Shown in pieces: positions 45,874 through 55,133 of a stretch of 64,000 nt of DNA (position 1 is the first letter of the stretch; each line of letters opens with the position of its first letter). The stretch is from assembly GCA_021785935.1 (NCBI GenBank), contig JAJYOG010000001.1, forward strand, positions 128,743 to 192,742, written 5' to 3'. The notes under the pieces were generated by a model. The model ran no database searches, had not been told where the DNA came from, and saw nothing but the letters and a program-made list of their open reading frames with translations. Made by a program: the position numbers and the translations under genes. The stretch is from Actinomycetes bacterium. GTDB taxonomy: Bacteria; Actinomycetota; Thermoleophilia; BMS3ABIN01.

Positions 45874-46976
45874 ATGAAGCGCCGAAAATCTTCACCGGCC
45901 TCGTCGGGCAGGAGCAGGCCAGGAGAATGCTGGCCGCCGCCATCGGCCAGGGATCGCCGAGCCACGCCTATCTATTCCATGGTCCGCGAGGCGTCGGCAA
46001 ACTAGAGGCGGCGCGCGACTTTGCCGCAGCGCTCTGCTGCGAACAGGGCGGCTGCGGAGTTTGCCCTACATGCGAGAAGGCTTCCCGCGGCGTCCATCCC
46101 GATATCGATGTGTTAGAGCCTGTCGGGTCTTTCATTACAGTGGACCAGGTACGTGAAATCAACCGCGATCTGAGCCTTCGCCCCCATGAGAGCCAAGCGC
46201 GGGTATTCATCATCCGGGGCGCTGGCCGGTTCAACGCCGAGAGCGCCAACGCCTTTCTCAAATCTCTGGAGGAGCCGCCGCCATTCGTCTACTTTTTACT
46301 GCTCGCGCGGGGTTTGGACAGAATACTTCCTACAATTATTTCAAGGTGTCAACCAGTTCGGTTCAGCGCGGCACCGCCGGAAGCCATCGAAGCCTTTTTG
46401 CTGGAGCGCTTTCAGGTTAGTTCGGTGGTCGCGCAAGCGTATGCGCGTGTCAGCCGCGGCGATCTGGGGCTGGCCCAGGCTCTTTGCACCGATCCGGATC
46501 TGCGGGATCGGCGCGACCGTTATCTTAAGATCGGGGAGAATCTGGGACGCGCCGCCTGGGAAGGCGGCGCGTCCCAGATGACAGCTGACATCATCTTAGC
46601 TTCGTCACAGGCTGGAGAAATCGCTGAGCAGGAGGATGAAACCATCCCCGAAGGCTTCTTCAGCGCCCCGAAAAAAAGGCGCGATCAGGATGCGCATCGC
46701 CGCGCCGGCCAAGCCCAGAAACGTGAGCTGAACCTTGCTCTAGACATTCTCGAGATGTGGTTCCGCGACATGATGGCGATGGCGGCCGGCGCCGGGGACA
46801 CAATATTAAACCGGGACTATGAACTGGAGCTGGAAAACCTGGCGCTGTCATCGAAGGTCGATAATTACCGCCGGGCGTTAGAGGCCATCGAAGCCACCCG
46901 CGCAAAACTGAGCTATAATGTTGATCTAGAGCTGGCTTTGCAGGCCATGTTCCACCAATTGCGGGAGGTTTTGTAA
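45870..46976 (+). CDS. holB: DNA polymerase III delta' subunit
   Basis: SHAYLFHGPRGVGK, zinc module CCEQGGCGVCPTCEK, HPDIDVLEP, NAFLKSLEEPP. Confidence 0.85.
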   Translation: MNEAPKIFTGLVGQEQARRMLAAAIGQGSPSHAYLFHGPRGVGKLEAARDFAAALCCEQGGCGVCPTCEKASRGVHPDIDVLEPVGSFITVDQVREINRDLSLRPHESQARVFIIRGAGRFNAESANAFLKSLEEPPPFVYFLLLARGLDRILPTIISRCQPVRFSAAPPEAIEAFLLERFQVSSVVAQAYARVSRGDLGLAQALCTDPDLRDRRDRYLKIGENLGRAAWEGGASQMTADIILASSQAGEIAEQEDETIPEGFFSAPKKRRDQDAHRRAGQAQKRELNLALDILEMWFRDMMAMAAGAGDTILNRDYELELENLALSSKVDNYRRALEAIEATRAKLSYNVDLELALQAMFHQLREVL

Positions 46977-48089
46977 GTGCCGGAAGTTGTTGAAGTCGCC
47001 TTCAGGAGTGGCTGCAAAGTTTACTCTTTCGACGCCGCGGGTCTTGAGTTTGGGGTGGGCGATCAAGTTATAGTCAGGACCAGCCGTGGCATTGAGATTG
47101 GCAAAGTCGTCGTCGCCAATCACGAAGTGCCGCAGGCGGAAATTGTCGCGCCGCTCGAGAAAGTTGTGAGAAAAGCCACTGAAGGCGATCTCACCGCGGT
47201 CGAGCGCAACGACAAGCTGGCTGTGCGCGTTTCCCAGGTTTGTGAGGAAAAGATTGAGGAATACGGCCTGGACATGCGGCTCATCAATACTGAGGTTGTC
47301 TTCGACGGCGGCAAAATCATCATCTCCTTTTTCGCTGAAGAGCGGGTGGATTTCCGCAAGCTGGTCGAGGATCTGGCCAAGAAGTACCGCACCCGGATTG
47401 AATTCCGCCAGGTGGGCGTACGGGATGAAGCCAGGCTCATCGGCGGCTACGGTCCCTGCGGCCGGCGCATGTGCTGCACCATGTTTGCCGGAGACCAGCA
47501 ACCGGTATCCATCAAGATGGCCAAGGAACAGAACCTGCCGCTGAACCCCATGAAGATATCAGGTATCTGCGGCAGGCTGATGTGCTGCCTTAAATATGAG
47601 CAGTCGGCTTACAAGGATTTTAAATCAAGGGCGCCGTCCAAAGGCACTGTCGTACAGACCGACAAGGGCGAAGGCCGGGTCGTGGATTATCTCGTGCCCA
47701 AGGAAAAAGTTTTGGTAAATCTGGGCGAAGCCGGTCAGACCGAAGCCTCACTGGAAGAGTTAAGCCAGGCGGCAGCGCGGCCTCGAGTCGTCGAGAGCCC
47801 ATTTCCATCTCCAACGGAAGCGCGCGATCCGGATCGTAGCAGCAGGCCGGATCGCGGCAAGAGCCCCGACGGGGCCAAAGGGCCGGGTCGTGGCAGGGGA
47901 CAAAACCGCGGCAAGAGGCCGGATCGCGGCAGGGACCCGGATCGTAGCCGAGGGCAAGAAGGCGCCAAGAGCCAGGATCGCACCGGACCCAAGGAAAAAA
48001 CCGCCGGCACAAACGGCGTGAAGACTGGAGAAAAACCGCCAAGGCGAGGCAACCGGGGCAGCAGGGGCGGTCGCCGGAGAAAGCGTTAA
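46977..48089 (+). CDS. PSP1/RicT (YaaT-like) domain protein with Arg/Gly/Asp/Pro-rich C-terminal tail
   Basis: PSP1 core (GYGPCGRRMCCTMF...GICGRLMCCLKYE). The final roughly 100 aa are low-complexity (RDPDRSSRPDRGKSPDG...GNRGSRGGRRRKR). Confidence 0.8.
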   Translation: MPEVVEVAFRSGCKVYSFDAAGLEFGVGDQVIVRTSRGIEIGKVVVANHEVPQAEIVAPLEKVVRKATEGDLTAVERNDKLAVRVSQVCEEKIEEYGLDMRLINTEVVFDGGKIIISFFAEERVDFRKLVEDLAKKYRTRIEFRQVGVRDEARLIGGYGPCGRRMCCTMFAGDQQPVSIKMAKEQNLPLNPMKISGICGRLMCCLKYEQSAYKDFKSRAPSKGTVVQTDKGEGRVVDYLVPKEKVLVNLGEAGQTEASLEELSQAAARPRVVESPFPSPTEARDPDRSSRPDRGKSPDGAKGPGRGRGQNRGKRPDRGRDPDRSRGQEGAKSQDRTGPKEKTAGTNGVKTGEKPPRRGNRGSRGGRRRKR

Positions 48090-48090
48090 C

Positions 48091-48915
48091 ATGGATCCGC
48101 GCCCGATAGGCATGTTTGATTCCGGTGTTGGCGGGCTCACGGTCTTGCATGAGTGCCTGGTTTCACATCCAAACGAGGATTTCATCTATCTTGGCGATAC
48201 GGGGCGCTTCCCCTACGGACCCAGAAGCGCCAAGGAGATCAGGAGTTTCGCCTGGCAGATCGCCTCACATCTGCTCTCCCTGGATGTAAAACTGCTGGTA
48301 GTTGCATGCAACTCGGCCACAGCGGCGGCGCTTCCCTGGTTGCAGGAGCAATTGCCGGCTTCGATCATAGGGGCGGTTCATCCCGAATCGGAGGCGGCGG
48401 CGCAGACCACGCGCAACCGGAAGATAGGTGTGCTGGCTACCGAGGCTACCGTTGCCAGCGGCAGTTACGAGCGGGCGCTGCTCAACCTCGATGCGGGGCT
48501 GGAAATTTTTTCCGAGCCGTGCCCACAGCTGGCCACCATGATCCAGAACGGAGACGTCTCGTCACCGGAGATGGTCACTGCGGTAAGAGAGTATGCGGAA
48601 CCGCTCAAGACGGCGGGAGCGGATACCGTCATTCTTGGCTGCACCCACTATCCGCTAGCGACACCGATGTTGCAGCGAGCTTTTGGCCGCGGCGTGACAC
48701 TGGTCAATTCGGCCCGTGAAATCGCGCGCGAGGTCGGCGAGGTCCTGGAGCGCAAGGGAATCGCCAACGATCGGGAGCGGGAGGGCGATTATTCTTTCCT
48801 CTGTACCGGCAAAGTAGATGCCTTCGTCGCAGTTGGCGCCCGCTTCCTGCAGATGCCTTTCGAGAACGTGGAGCGCGTGGATATAACCGAATTGGAAAGG
48901 ATTGGTGCAATTTGA
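48091..48915 (+). CDS. murI: glutamate racemase
   Basis: FDSGVGGLTV, VVACNSATA, LGCTHYP. Confidence 0.9.
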   Translation: MDPRPIGMFDSGVGGLTVLHECLVSHPNEDFIYLGDTGRFPYGPRSAKEIRSFAWQIASHLLSLDVKLLVVACNSATAAALPWLQEQLPASIIGAVHPESEAAAQTTRNRKIGVLATEATVASGSYERALLNLDAGLEIFSEPCPQLATMIQNGDVSSPEMVTAVREYAEPLKTAGADTVILGCTHYPLATPMLQRAFGRGVTLVNSAREIAREVGEVLERKGIANDREREGDYSFLCTGKVDAFVAVGARFLQMPFENVERVDITELERIGAI

Positions 48916-49415
48916 ACTTAAAGACCGTAACGCGCGGCGCGGTCATTGCCGCCATGTATGTAGTGCTCACTGTTACCCCGGGACTGAATGCCGTCAGTTT
49001 CAGCGGCCTGCAGTTTCGGATTTCGGAGATGTTGATGCCACTGGCGGCATTCGACATCGCGGCTGTTCCCGGTCTCTGGATCGGTTGCATGATCGCCAAT
49101 TATCTCGGTAGCCCCTTCGGCTGGCTGGACGTGACGCTTGGCGCCGGATTGACACTGGCGTCGGCCCTTGTCATCCGGGCGATCGGGTCGCGCTGGATCG
49201 GACTCGCCGGACTATCGGCTCCGGTCCTGTTCAATGCCATCGGCGTGTCCTTCATTATTTCGATGGCCAGTCCGCCTGAGGAGGGCGTTCTCTTCTGGCC
49301 GACTGCGTTAACGGTCGGTCTGGGCGAGCTGGGCGTCATGGTGGTACTGGCGGCGCCGCTCTTTGTCATGTTGAAACGGAATCCCGAGGTCATCGGGCTG
49401 GAGCAGAGGCTATAA
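48912..49415 (+). CDS. queT: QueT-family membrane protein (queuosine-precursor ECF S-component-like)
   Basis: TVTRGAVIAAMYVVLTV...LQFRISEMLMPLA and five hydrophobic helices. Overlaps the murI stop. Confidence 0.65.
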   Translation: MNLKTVTRGAVIAAMYVVLTVTPGLNAVSFSGLQFRISEMLMPLAAFDIAAVPGLWIGCMIANYLGSPFGWLDVTLGAGLTLASALVIRAIGSRWIGLAGLSAPVLFNAIGVSFIISMASPPEEGVLFWPTALTVGLGELGVMVVLAAPLFVMLKRNPEVIGLEQRL

Positions 49416-50143
49416 TGGCGGTCGAGCGCCCGGACGGCCGCGAACCGGGACATATCCGGCCGATCAGGATAACCCCTAACTTTCTCGAATTCGCCGACGG
49501 GTCGGTGCTGATCGAGGCAGGCAGGACCAAGGTAATCTGCGCCGCCAAGATCCAGGACGGAGTTCCCAACTGGATGCGCGGGCGGGGAAACGGCTGGGTG
49601 ACCGCCGAGTACAGCCTGCTGCCTTCATCCACTCCCGACCGCACCATCCGTGAAGCGGTCAAAGGCAAGCAGGGCGGCCGCACGCTTGAGATCCAGCGTC
49701 TGGTCGGCCGCAGCCTCAGAAGCGTTGTCGACATGAGGGCCTTGGGGGAACGCACGATCTGGCTCGATTGCGATGTCATCCAGGCTGATGGGGGAACCCG
49801 ATGTGCTTCGGTTTCCGGAGCCTATACAGCGCTGCATCTGGCGCTCGCCAGCCTGGTCGACGAAGATCTGATCGCGGAAATCCCGCTCAAGGATTCGCTT
49901 GCGGCCGTGAGCGTCGGCGTCTGGGAAGGGGAGCCCATCCTCGACCTCGATTATGCCGAAGACAGCACCGCTGAAGTCGACATGAACGTAGTTATGACCG
50001 GCTCGGGCGGAATAGTCGAGCTGCAGGCAACCGCTGAGAAAAATTCTTTCTCCCGCGAGACCCTCGACAAGCTGATAGACCTGGCAAGCTCCGGCATTGA
50101 GCAGATCATGGCCGAGCAGCTCAGGGTGACCGCGCTGCGGTAG
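49415..50143 (+). CDS. rph: ribonuclease PH
   Basis: RPDGREPGHIRPIRI, GWVTAEYSLLPSST, CDVIQADGGTR. Confidence 0.95.
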   Translation: MAVERPDGREPGHIRPIRITPNFLEFADGSVLIEAGRTKVICAAKIQDGVPNWMRGRGNGWVTAEYSLLPSSTPDRTIREAVKGKQGGRTLEIQRLVGRSLRSVVDMRALGERTIWLDCDVIQADGGTRCASVSGAYTALHLALASLVDEDLIAEIPLKDSLAAVSVGVWEGEPILDLDYAEDSTAEVDMNVVMTGSGGIVELQATAEKNSFSRETLDKLIDLASSGIEQIMAEQLRVTALR

Positions 50144-50845
50144 ATGAACGCAGAACCAGACAAGATTAAAACAATAATCGTCGCCACCTCCAACCCGAAC
50201 AAGGCGCGGGAGTTCGCAGACCTGCTGCCTGGATTCCGGGTATTGCCCATGCCCGAGGGCGTCGAGCTCCCCGAGGAGCATGGGACCACTTTCGAGGAAA
50301 ACGCCCGCGAGAAGGCCAGGGCTGTCCGCGATCAGCTGCTGGCGCGTCCAGATAATCCAATTGGGGAATTTGCACAGACGCGATCCGGCCGGGGCGATGC
50401 AATGCAGGCGCCGGCCGCGGACAGCGAAGAGCTGGAAGCCGGAGATCGTGTCTGGGTTATGGCCGATGATTCCGGCATCGAGGTGGACGCACTCGGCGGC
50501 GCTCCGGGAATATATTCTGCCCGTTATGGCGGCGAGAATGCCACTGATACCGGCAACCTGGAGAAAATGCTCCATGAACTCTCGGGCCGCCAGGATCGCC
50601 GCGCGCGCTTTGTCTGTGTGCTGGTCTGCATTTCCGCGAGCGGAAAAGAACTCGTATCGGAGGGCATCTTTGAAGGCGCGATCGCGGAGAGTCCGCGGGG
50701 CAGAAGCGGATTCGGCTATGACCCGGTTTTTATTCCCAAGGGAAAAAAGTTAACGGTTTCCCAGATTTCTGCCGAAGAGAAAAACCGCATAAGTCACCGT
50801 GCCCGGGCAGCCCACAACCTGCTCGCTCAGCTTCGGGGAGGCTAA
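50144..50845 (+). CDS. rdgB: non-canonical purine NTP pyrophosphatase RdgB/HAM1 (with a roughly 30-aa low-complexity insertion)
   Basis: IIVATSNPNKAREF, TFEENAREKA, ADDSGIEVDALGGAPGIYSARY, GFGYDPVF, KNRISHRARA. Confidence 0.85.
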   Translation: MNAEPDKIKTIIVATSNPNKAREFADLLPGFRVLPMPEGVELPEEHGTTFEENAREKARAVRDQLLARPDNPIGEFAQTRSGRGDAMQAPAADSEELEAGDRVWVMADDSGIEVDALGGAPGIYSARYGGENATDTGNLEKMLHELSGRQDRRARFVCVLVCISASGKELVSEGIFEGAIAESPRGRSGFGYDPVFIPKGKKLTVSQISAEEKNRISHRARAAHNLLAQLRGG

Positions 50846-51056
50846 CTCAGAAGCGAGGGCTTTCCAAGGGGGGGTGGAAGGCAACTTTTAGGGATGGCGG
50901 AGCGCCCGAAAAGTTTCAACACCCTTTACGCAGCGTGTGGGCTCCCGGACCGGACGAATCTCTTCCGGTCATCCTGACCGCCCGATTTACCTGTTCTAAC
51001 CCGGCTCTGATCCCGGTTTCAGTTTTACCATCCCTCCTAGCGGGTAATAAACACGC

Positions 51057-52187
51057 ATGAAGTGGTCATTCAAAGTTGGGCGTGCCTTCGGCATCGAACT
51101 TCGCGTCCACATCACCTTCTTTCTTATCATTCTCTATGCGGCCTACATCTGGGGCGTGGGCTACGCGCAGGGATGGCCGGGCGCCGCTTACGGGGGGGCT
51201 GTAATTTCCGTCCTCTTCATTTGCGTCGTCATCCATGAGCTGTGCCATTCACGTATGGCCCAGTATTACGGGGGAGATGTGGCCAGCATTACCCTCCTCC
51301 CGATCGGCGGTGTTTCCTTACTGAAGAACATGCCCGACGATCCCAAAAAGGAATTCTGGGTAACAATTGTCGGTCCCATCAGCAACGTCATCATCGCCAT
51401 ACTCCTGCTGCCGGTGCTGTATCTCATTCCTAATCCGGTAGACGGCGTCTACGGCGCCTTCACCAATGCGGATGTTCTTATCGGCATATCAGCGCAGGGA
51501 TTTGTCAGCTACATGCTCCTGATCAATCTGTTGCTGGCGGTCTTCAACCTTTTGCCCGCCTTTCCCCTTGATGGCGGCCGGGTGCTGCGCAGTATTTTGG
51601 CGCAACACATGTCATACGTCAGGGCAACCCGGGCCGCGGTGACGACAGGGCAGGTCTTCGCTTTTATTCTTGGGATCACGGGGTTGTTGATGGGCGCCTG
51701 GATCTGGATTATCATCGCTGTTTTCATTTATATGGGCGCGGAACAGGAAGGCGCTGGCGCCGAGATGAAGACAACGCTTTCGAGACTGACTGTGGGGCAG
51801 GCGGTTTCCGCGGATGCCAAGGCAGTATCGCCGCAGCAATCGCTTTCTGAGGTTGTGGGCATCGTGCTCCATGCGTTTCAGGAGGATTTTCCGGTAGTCG
51901 AAAACGCCAACATCGTTGGTGTGCTTACGCGCGCGAACCTCATTAGCGGCCTGCATTCCCTCGGGCCGGAAGCAGCGGTCGCCGCGGTCATGGAAAAAGA
52001 ATTCCCTGTGGTCGAGGCGGACGCTCCTTTCTCGGCGGTCTACGAGAAGATGAATTCCAGCGGCATTAAAGCAGTACCCGTGGTGAAAGACGGCCATCTA
52101 CTGGGAATGGTGACGCTGGAGCACTTAAGCGAAGTCTTCATGTTGCTGAGTTCCACGGATAAATCGCTGACACCGCAGACGCATTAA
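51057..52187 (+). CDS. site-2 protease (M50) with a C-terminal CBS pair
   Basis: VIHELCHS (HExxH), NLLPAFPLDGGR, then two CBS modules. Confidence 0.85.
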   Translation: MKWSFKVGRAFGIELRVHITFFLIILYAAYIWGVGYAQGWPGAAYGGAVISVLFICVVIHELCHSRMAQYYGGDVASITLLPIGGVSLLKNMPDDPKKEFWVTIVGPISNVIIAILLLPVLYLIPNPVDGVYGAFTNADVLIGISAQGFVSYMLLINLLLAVFNLLPAFPLDGGRVLRSILAQHMSYVRATRAAVTTGQVFAFILGITGLLMGAWIWIIIAVFIYMGAEQEGAGAEMKTTLSRLTVGQAVSADAKAVSPQQSLSEVVGIVLHAFQEDFPVVENANIVGVLTRANLISGLHSLGPEAAVAAVMEKEFPVVEADAPFSAVYEKMNSSGIKAVPVVKDGHLLGMVTLEHLSEVFMLLSSTDKSLTPQTH

Positions 52188-52199
52188 ATAACATGCAGC

Positions 52200-52222
52200 G
52201 GGCGGCCCCGAAGGGGCCGCCC
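52200..52222. terminator. GC-only 10-bp hairpin between convergent genes
   Basis: gggcggcccc-gaa-ggggccgccc between the M50 stop (52187) and the hsp20 stop (52258). The flanking T/A runs are weak. Confidence 0.55.
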
Positions 52223-52257
52223 TTAACATTCGACCGGCTCAAACCGGATCGATATGG

Positions 52258-52758
52258 TCACTTGCTCTTTCTGGCCTTGATGCGCTTACCGGTGCTCTTG
52301 CCCGCGGCCTTGACCTCAATGTGCTTGGCCGGAACAGCCGCAACCGCCTTCCGGATCTTTACCTCGAGAACGCCGTCCTCAAAACTGGCGTCAATGTCTT
52401 TCTCTGTCACCTTCTCCGGCAGTGGCAGGGTTCTCTCAAAGCTGCCATAACTGCGTTCGCGGCGATAGAAATCATCCTCCTTGACCTCCTTGTCCTCATG
52501 CCTCTCGCCGGTAATGGTGAGAGTGTGTTCCACTAGCGTAATCTCAACATCCTCAGCCTTGATGCCAGGAAGCTCGAGCCTGACATACATGTCATCGCCC
52601 TTGGAGTAGATATCCATCGGTGTTCGCATGGCGTCTAGCCCAAAGAACGGCTCACCCAAAAGCGACCTGAACGGGCGGCCGAACAGGCTCGTCATCTCAC
52701 GAGGCATGTCCAGCAGCTCTTTGTATGGGGTCCATCTAACAAGCGCCATCTTATTCAC
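52258..52758 (-). CDS. Hsp20/alpha-crystallin small heat-shock protein
   Basis: Alpha-crystallin core (PMDIYSKGDDMYVRLELPGIKAEDVEITLVEHTLTITGER...FERTLPLPEKV...ASFEDGVLEV). Confidence 0.9.
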   Translation of the reverse strand: MNKMALVRWTPYKELLDMPREMTSLFGRPFRSLLGEPFFGLDAMRTPMDIYSKGDDMYVRLELPGIKAEDVEITLVEHTLTITGERHEDKEVKEDDFYRRERSYGSFERTLPLPEKVTEKDIDASFEDGVLEVKIRKAVAAVPAKHIEVKAAGKSTGKRIKARKSK

Positions 52759-52861
52759 CTCCTCTCCTTCTATCTGTGCGTCTAATTATTTCTTTTCCGG
52801 TTTGTGAAGAACTAAACGGGGCAATACAACTTCAGAATGAAGTCCTCGCGGCCTCCCCTCC

Positions 52862-52890
52862 TTGATCTGTATGGAAAATTACACTAGTAT
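52862..52890 (+). promoter_or_regulatory. candidate promoter for the AbrB-ABC operon
   Basis: TTGATC (52862-52867), 17 bp, TAGTAT (52885-52890), followed by AT-rich aatatacatacatatt. Confidence 0.35.
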
Positions 52891-52939
52891 GAATATACAT
52901 ACATATTTCAACAACCAAAGGAAGCAGAGGAAGTGTCCA

Positions 52940-53191
52940 ATGGCAAAGATTAATGCACCCGATCCCCAGTTTTGGGGCTCGGCGACAGTGGGTGAAAGGG
53001 GCCAGATAGTTATTCCCGCAGACGCCCGTCAGGAGATGAGCATCAAGCCGGGAGACAAGCTGCTGATTTTTTCAGGAATGCACGGAGAGTCCCTCAACGT
53101 GATCAAGGCCGAGCAGGTTACCGAGTTTGTATCGCGGGCAATGGCGAGGCTTGCCAAGATGGAAGAGATTGCCCGTAAGGAGGAGAAATGA
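52940..53191 (+). CDS. SpoVT/AbrB-domain DNA-binding protein
   Basis: ATG 52940 after AGAGGAAG. ATVGERGQIVIPADARQEMSIKPGDKLLIF is the swapped-hairpin AbrB motif. Its stop overlaps the next ATG. Confidence 0.75.
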   Translation: MAKINAPDPQFWGSATVGERGQIVIPADARQEMSIKPGDKLLIFSGMHGESLNVIKAEQVTEFVSRAMARLAKMEEIARKEEK

Positions 53192-54282
53192 GCACTCAGG
53201 AAACAGCCCTTGGTGATAACACATCTGACGCTGCCGTTGCGGATAAGGATAAGCCGCATATCGGGGCGCCGGTAATCGAAGTCGATCATCTAACCCGAAA
53301 TTTTAATGGCTTCACTGCCGTCGACAATATCAGCTTTTCGGTGGGCCGCAAGGAGATATTTGGTTTTCTCGGTCCCAACGGCGCCGGCAAGACCACAACC
53401 ATCAACATGCTCTGCACCCTGCTTAAACCGACCTCGGGCCGGGCCACGCTGAATGGTTTTGATGTCGCCACCCAGCAAGACGCCGTGCGACAATCGATTG
53501 GTATTGTTTTTCAGGATCCAACGCTGGACGACCAGCTGACAGCACGCGAGAATCTCGAATTTCACGCCATGCTCTACAACGTTCCGCCGGGTGAGCGTGA
53601 GGCGCGGGCAAACCGTGTTTTGGGAATGGTCGGCCTCACAGAGCGTGCGCGGGATCTGGTCGCGACTTTTTCCGGCGGTATGAAGCGCCGGCTGGAGATT
53701 GCCCGCGGCCTCATGCACTACCCGCACGTTTTGTTTCTCGATGAGCCGACCCTGGGGCTTGATCCCCAGACCCGCAGCGCCATCTGGCAGCACGTCCACG
53801 AACTCAGAGCAGAATACGAAATCACTGTTTTTCTAACTACACATTACATGGAAGAGGCGGAGAACTGCGACCGCATCGCCATCATTGATAATGGCGAGAT
53901 CGTGGCGCTGGATACTCCCGGGACCCTCAAACACGGCGTCGGCGGCGATATCATTACCCTGCGTTCGGCCGATGCCGCCACGACGGTGAAAGAGCTTAAG
54001 GATAAGTTTGATCTGGCAGGGATAGTCAAACCGGCAGCAGCTGATACCTCGGGGCCGGCGGGCGATCGCATCTATCTCGAGGTGCCCAACGGCCGCACGC
54101 TGCTGCCGCAGATCCTTAAAAGCCTGACAACGGAAATCCTCTCGGTAGCGGTGCGCGAACCGACGCTCGATGACGTCTTTCTCAGTTTGACCGGCAAGCA
54201 GATACGTGATGAATCCGTTGACAAGATGGACGCGTTGAAAACACGCATCCGTCGCCGCCGATCCATGGGAGGACATCGATGA
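53188..54282 (+). CDS. ABC transporter ATP-binding protein (DrrA/ABC-2 type)
   Basis: Walker A GPNGAGKTT, signature FSGGMKRRLEIA, Walker B VLFLDEPT. Confidence 0.9.
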   Translation: MSTQETALGDNTSDAAVADKDKPHIGAPVIEVDHLTRNFNGFTAVDNISFSVGRKEIFGFLGPNGAGKTTTINMLCTLLKPTSGRATLNGFDVATQQDAVRQSIGIVFQDPTLDDQLTARENLEFHAMLYNVPPGEREARANRVLGMVGLTERARDLVATFSGGMKRRLEIARGLMHYPHVLFLDEPTLGLDPQTRSAIWQHVHELRAEYEITVFLTTHYMEEAENCDRIAIIDNGEIVALDTPGTLKHGVGGDIITLRSADAATTVKELKDKFDLAGIVKPAAADTSGPAGDRIYLEVPNGRTLLPQILKSLTTEILSVAVREPTLDDVFLSLTGKQIRDESVDKMDALKTRIRRRRSMGGHR

Positions 54283-54316
54283 AATCAGAAAGAAATGAAA
54301 ACCGTCCGGGAGGCTG

Positions 54317-55090
54317 TTGATGAAGCCACTTCGCGCGATATATATCATCTGGTTGCGTGACCTCAAGCGGCATTTCCGTGACCGTGCCCGTATCGTCGGC
54401 TCGCTGGCCTCGCCGATAATCTTTGTTTTCATCCTGGGCCAGGGGCTCGGCTCCACCATTGGCAATAACCTGCCGGTGGGCGGCGGAGCGGTCGACTACA
54501 AGACCTTCATGTTTCCCGGAATCCTTGGCATGACCGTGCTATTCGCCGGGGTTTTCGCCTCGGTCTCGATCGTCTGGGACAGGGAGTTTGGTTTCCTCAA
54601 GGAGATGCTGGTGGCGCCCGTTCCCAGCTGGAGCATCGCCGTAGGTAAAATCATCAGTGGCGCCACGATTGCGTCGTTTCAGGGTTGCATTATGCTGTTA
54701 CTGGCCCCATTTGCTGGCGTATCGCTCTCACCACTGATGATCGCGGAACTGATTCCCACGCTTTTCCTGGTGGCCTGTTCCATGACCGGACTGGGCGTAC
54801 TGGTAGCCTCGCGCCTGAAGAGCATGCAGGGCTTTCAGATGATCATGAACTTCATCATGATGCCCATGTTCTTCATCTCGGGCGCAATGTTCCCGCTTGC
54901 CAATGCTCCGGCCTGGATGGACACGCTGTCCAAGATCGATCCGCTAACATACGGTGTCGATGCCTTGAGGGATATCATGCTCACCGATGTTCCCTCGCGT
55001 TATGCTTTTACCACTGACATTGGCGTGATCATACTGCTATCCGTGGCGATGCTCGCGATCGCCGTCTCTACGTTCAGCCGGCAAACATAA
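54317..55090 (+). CDS. ABC-2 type transporter permease
   Basis: Six TM helices. N-terminal IIWLRDLKRHFRDRARIVGSL is typical of ABC-2 permeases. Confidence 0.85.
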   Translation: MMKPLRAIYIIWLRDLKRHFRDRARIVGSLASPIIFVFILGQGLGSTIGNNLPVGGGAVDYKTFMFPGILGMTVLFAGVFASVSIVWDREFGFLKEMLVAPVPSWSIAVGKIISGATIASFQGCIMLLLAPFAGVSLSPLMIAELIPTLFLVACSMTGLGVLVASRLKSMQGFQMIMNFIMMPMFFISGAMFPLANAPAWMDTLSKIDPLTYGVDALRDIMLTDVPSRYAFTTDIGVIILLSVAMLAIAVSTFSRQT

Positions 55091-55133
55091 AAGGATAGGG
55101 CTCGAACCGGACAGGTGATTATATAATCACCGC

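Noticed and set aside
48880-48915. Possible preQ1 riboswitch ahead of queT
   Set aside because: queT overlaps the murI stop codon, so there is no intergenic space for an aptamer.
49625-50575. 316-aa ORF on the minus strand
   Set aside because: It is antisense to rph and rdgB, which have unambiguous signatures. No motif of its own.
50846-51056. 211-nt intergenic region after rdgB, examined for a tRNA or small RNA
   Set aside because: No tRNA cloverleaf or T-loop (GGTTCGAATCC-like) sequence, no convincing conserved-looking hairpin set, and no terminator. Most likely it is just the promoter/5' region of the M50 protease gene.
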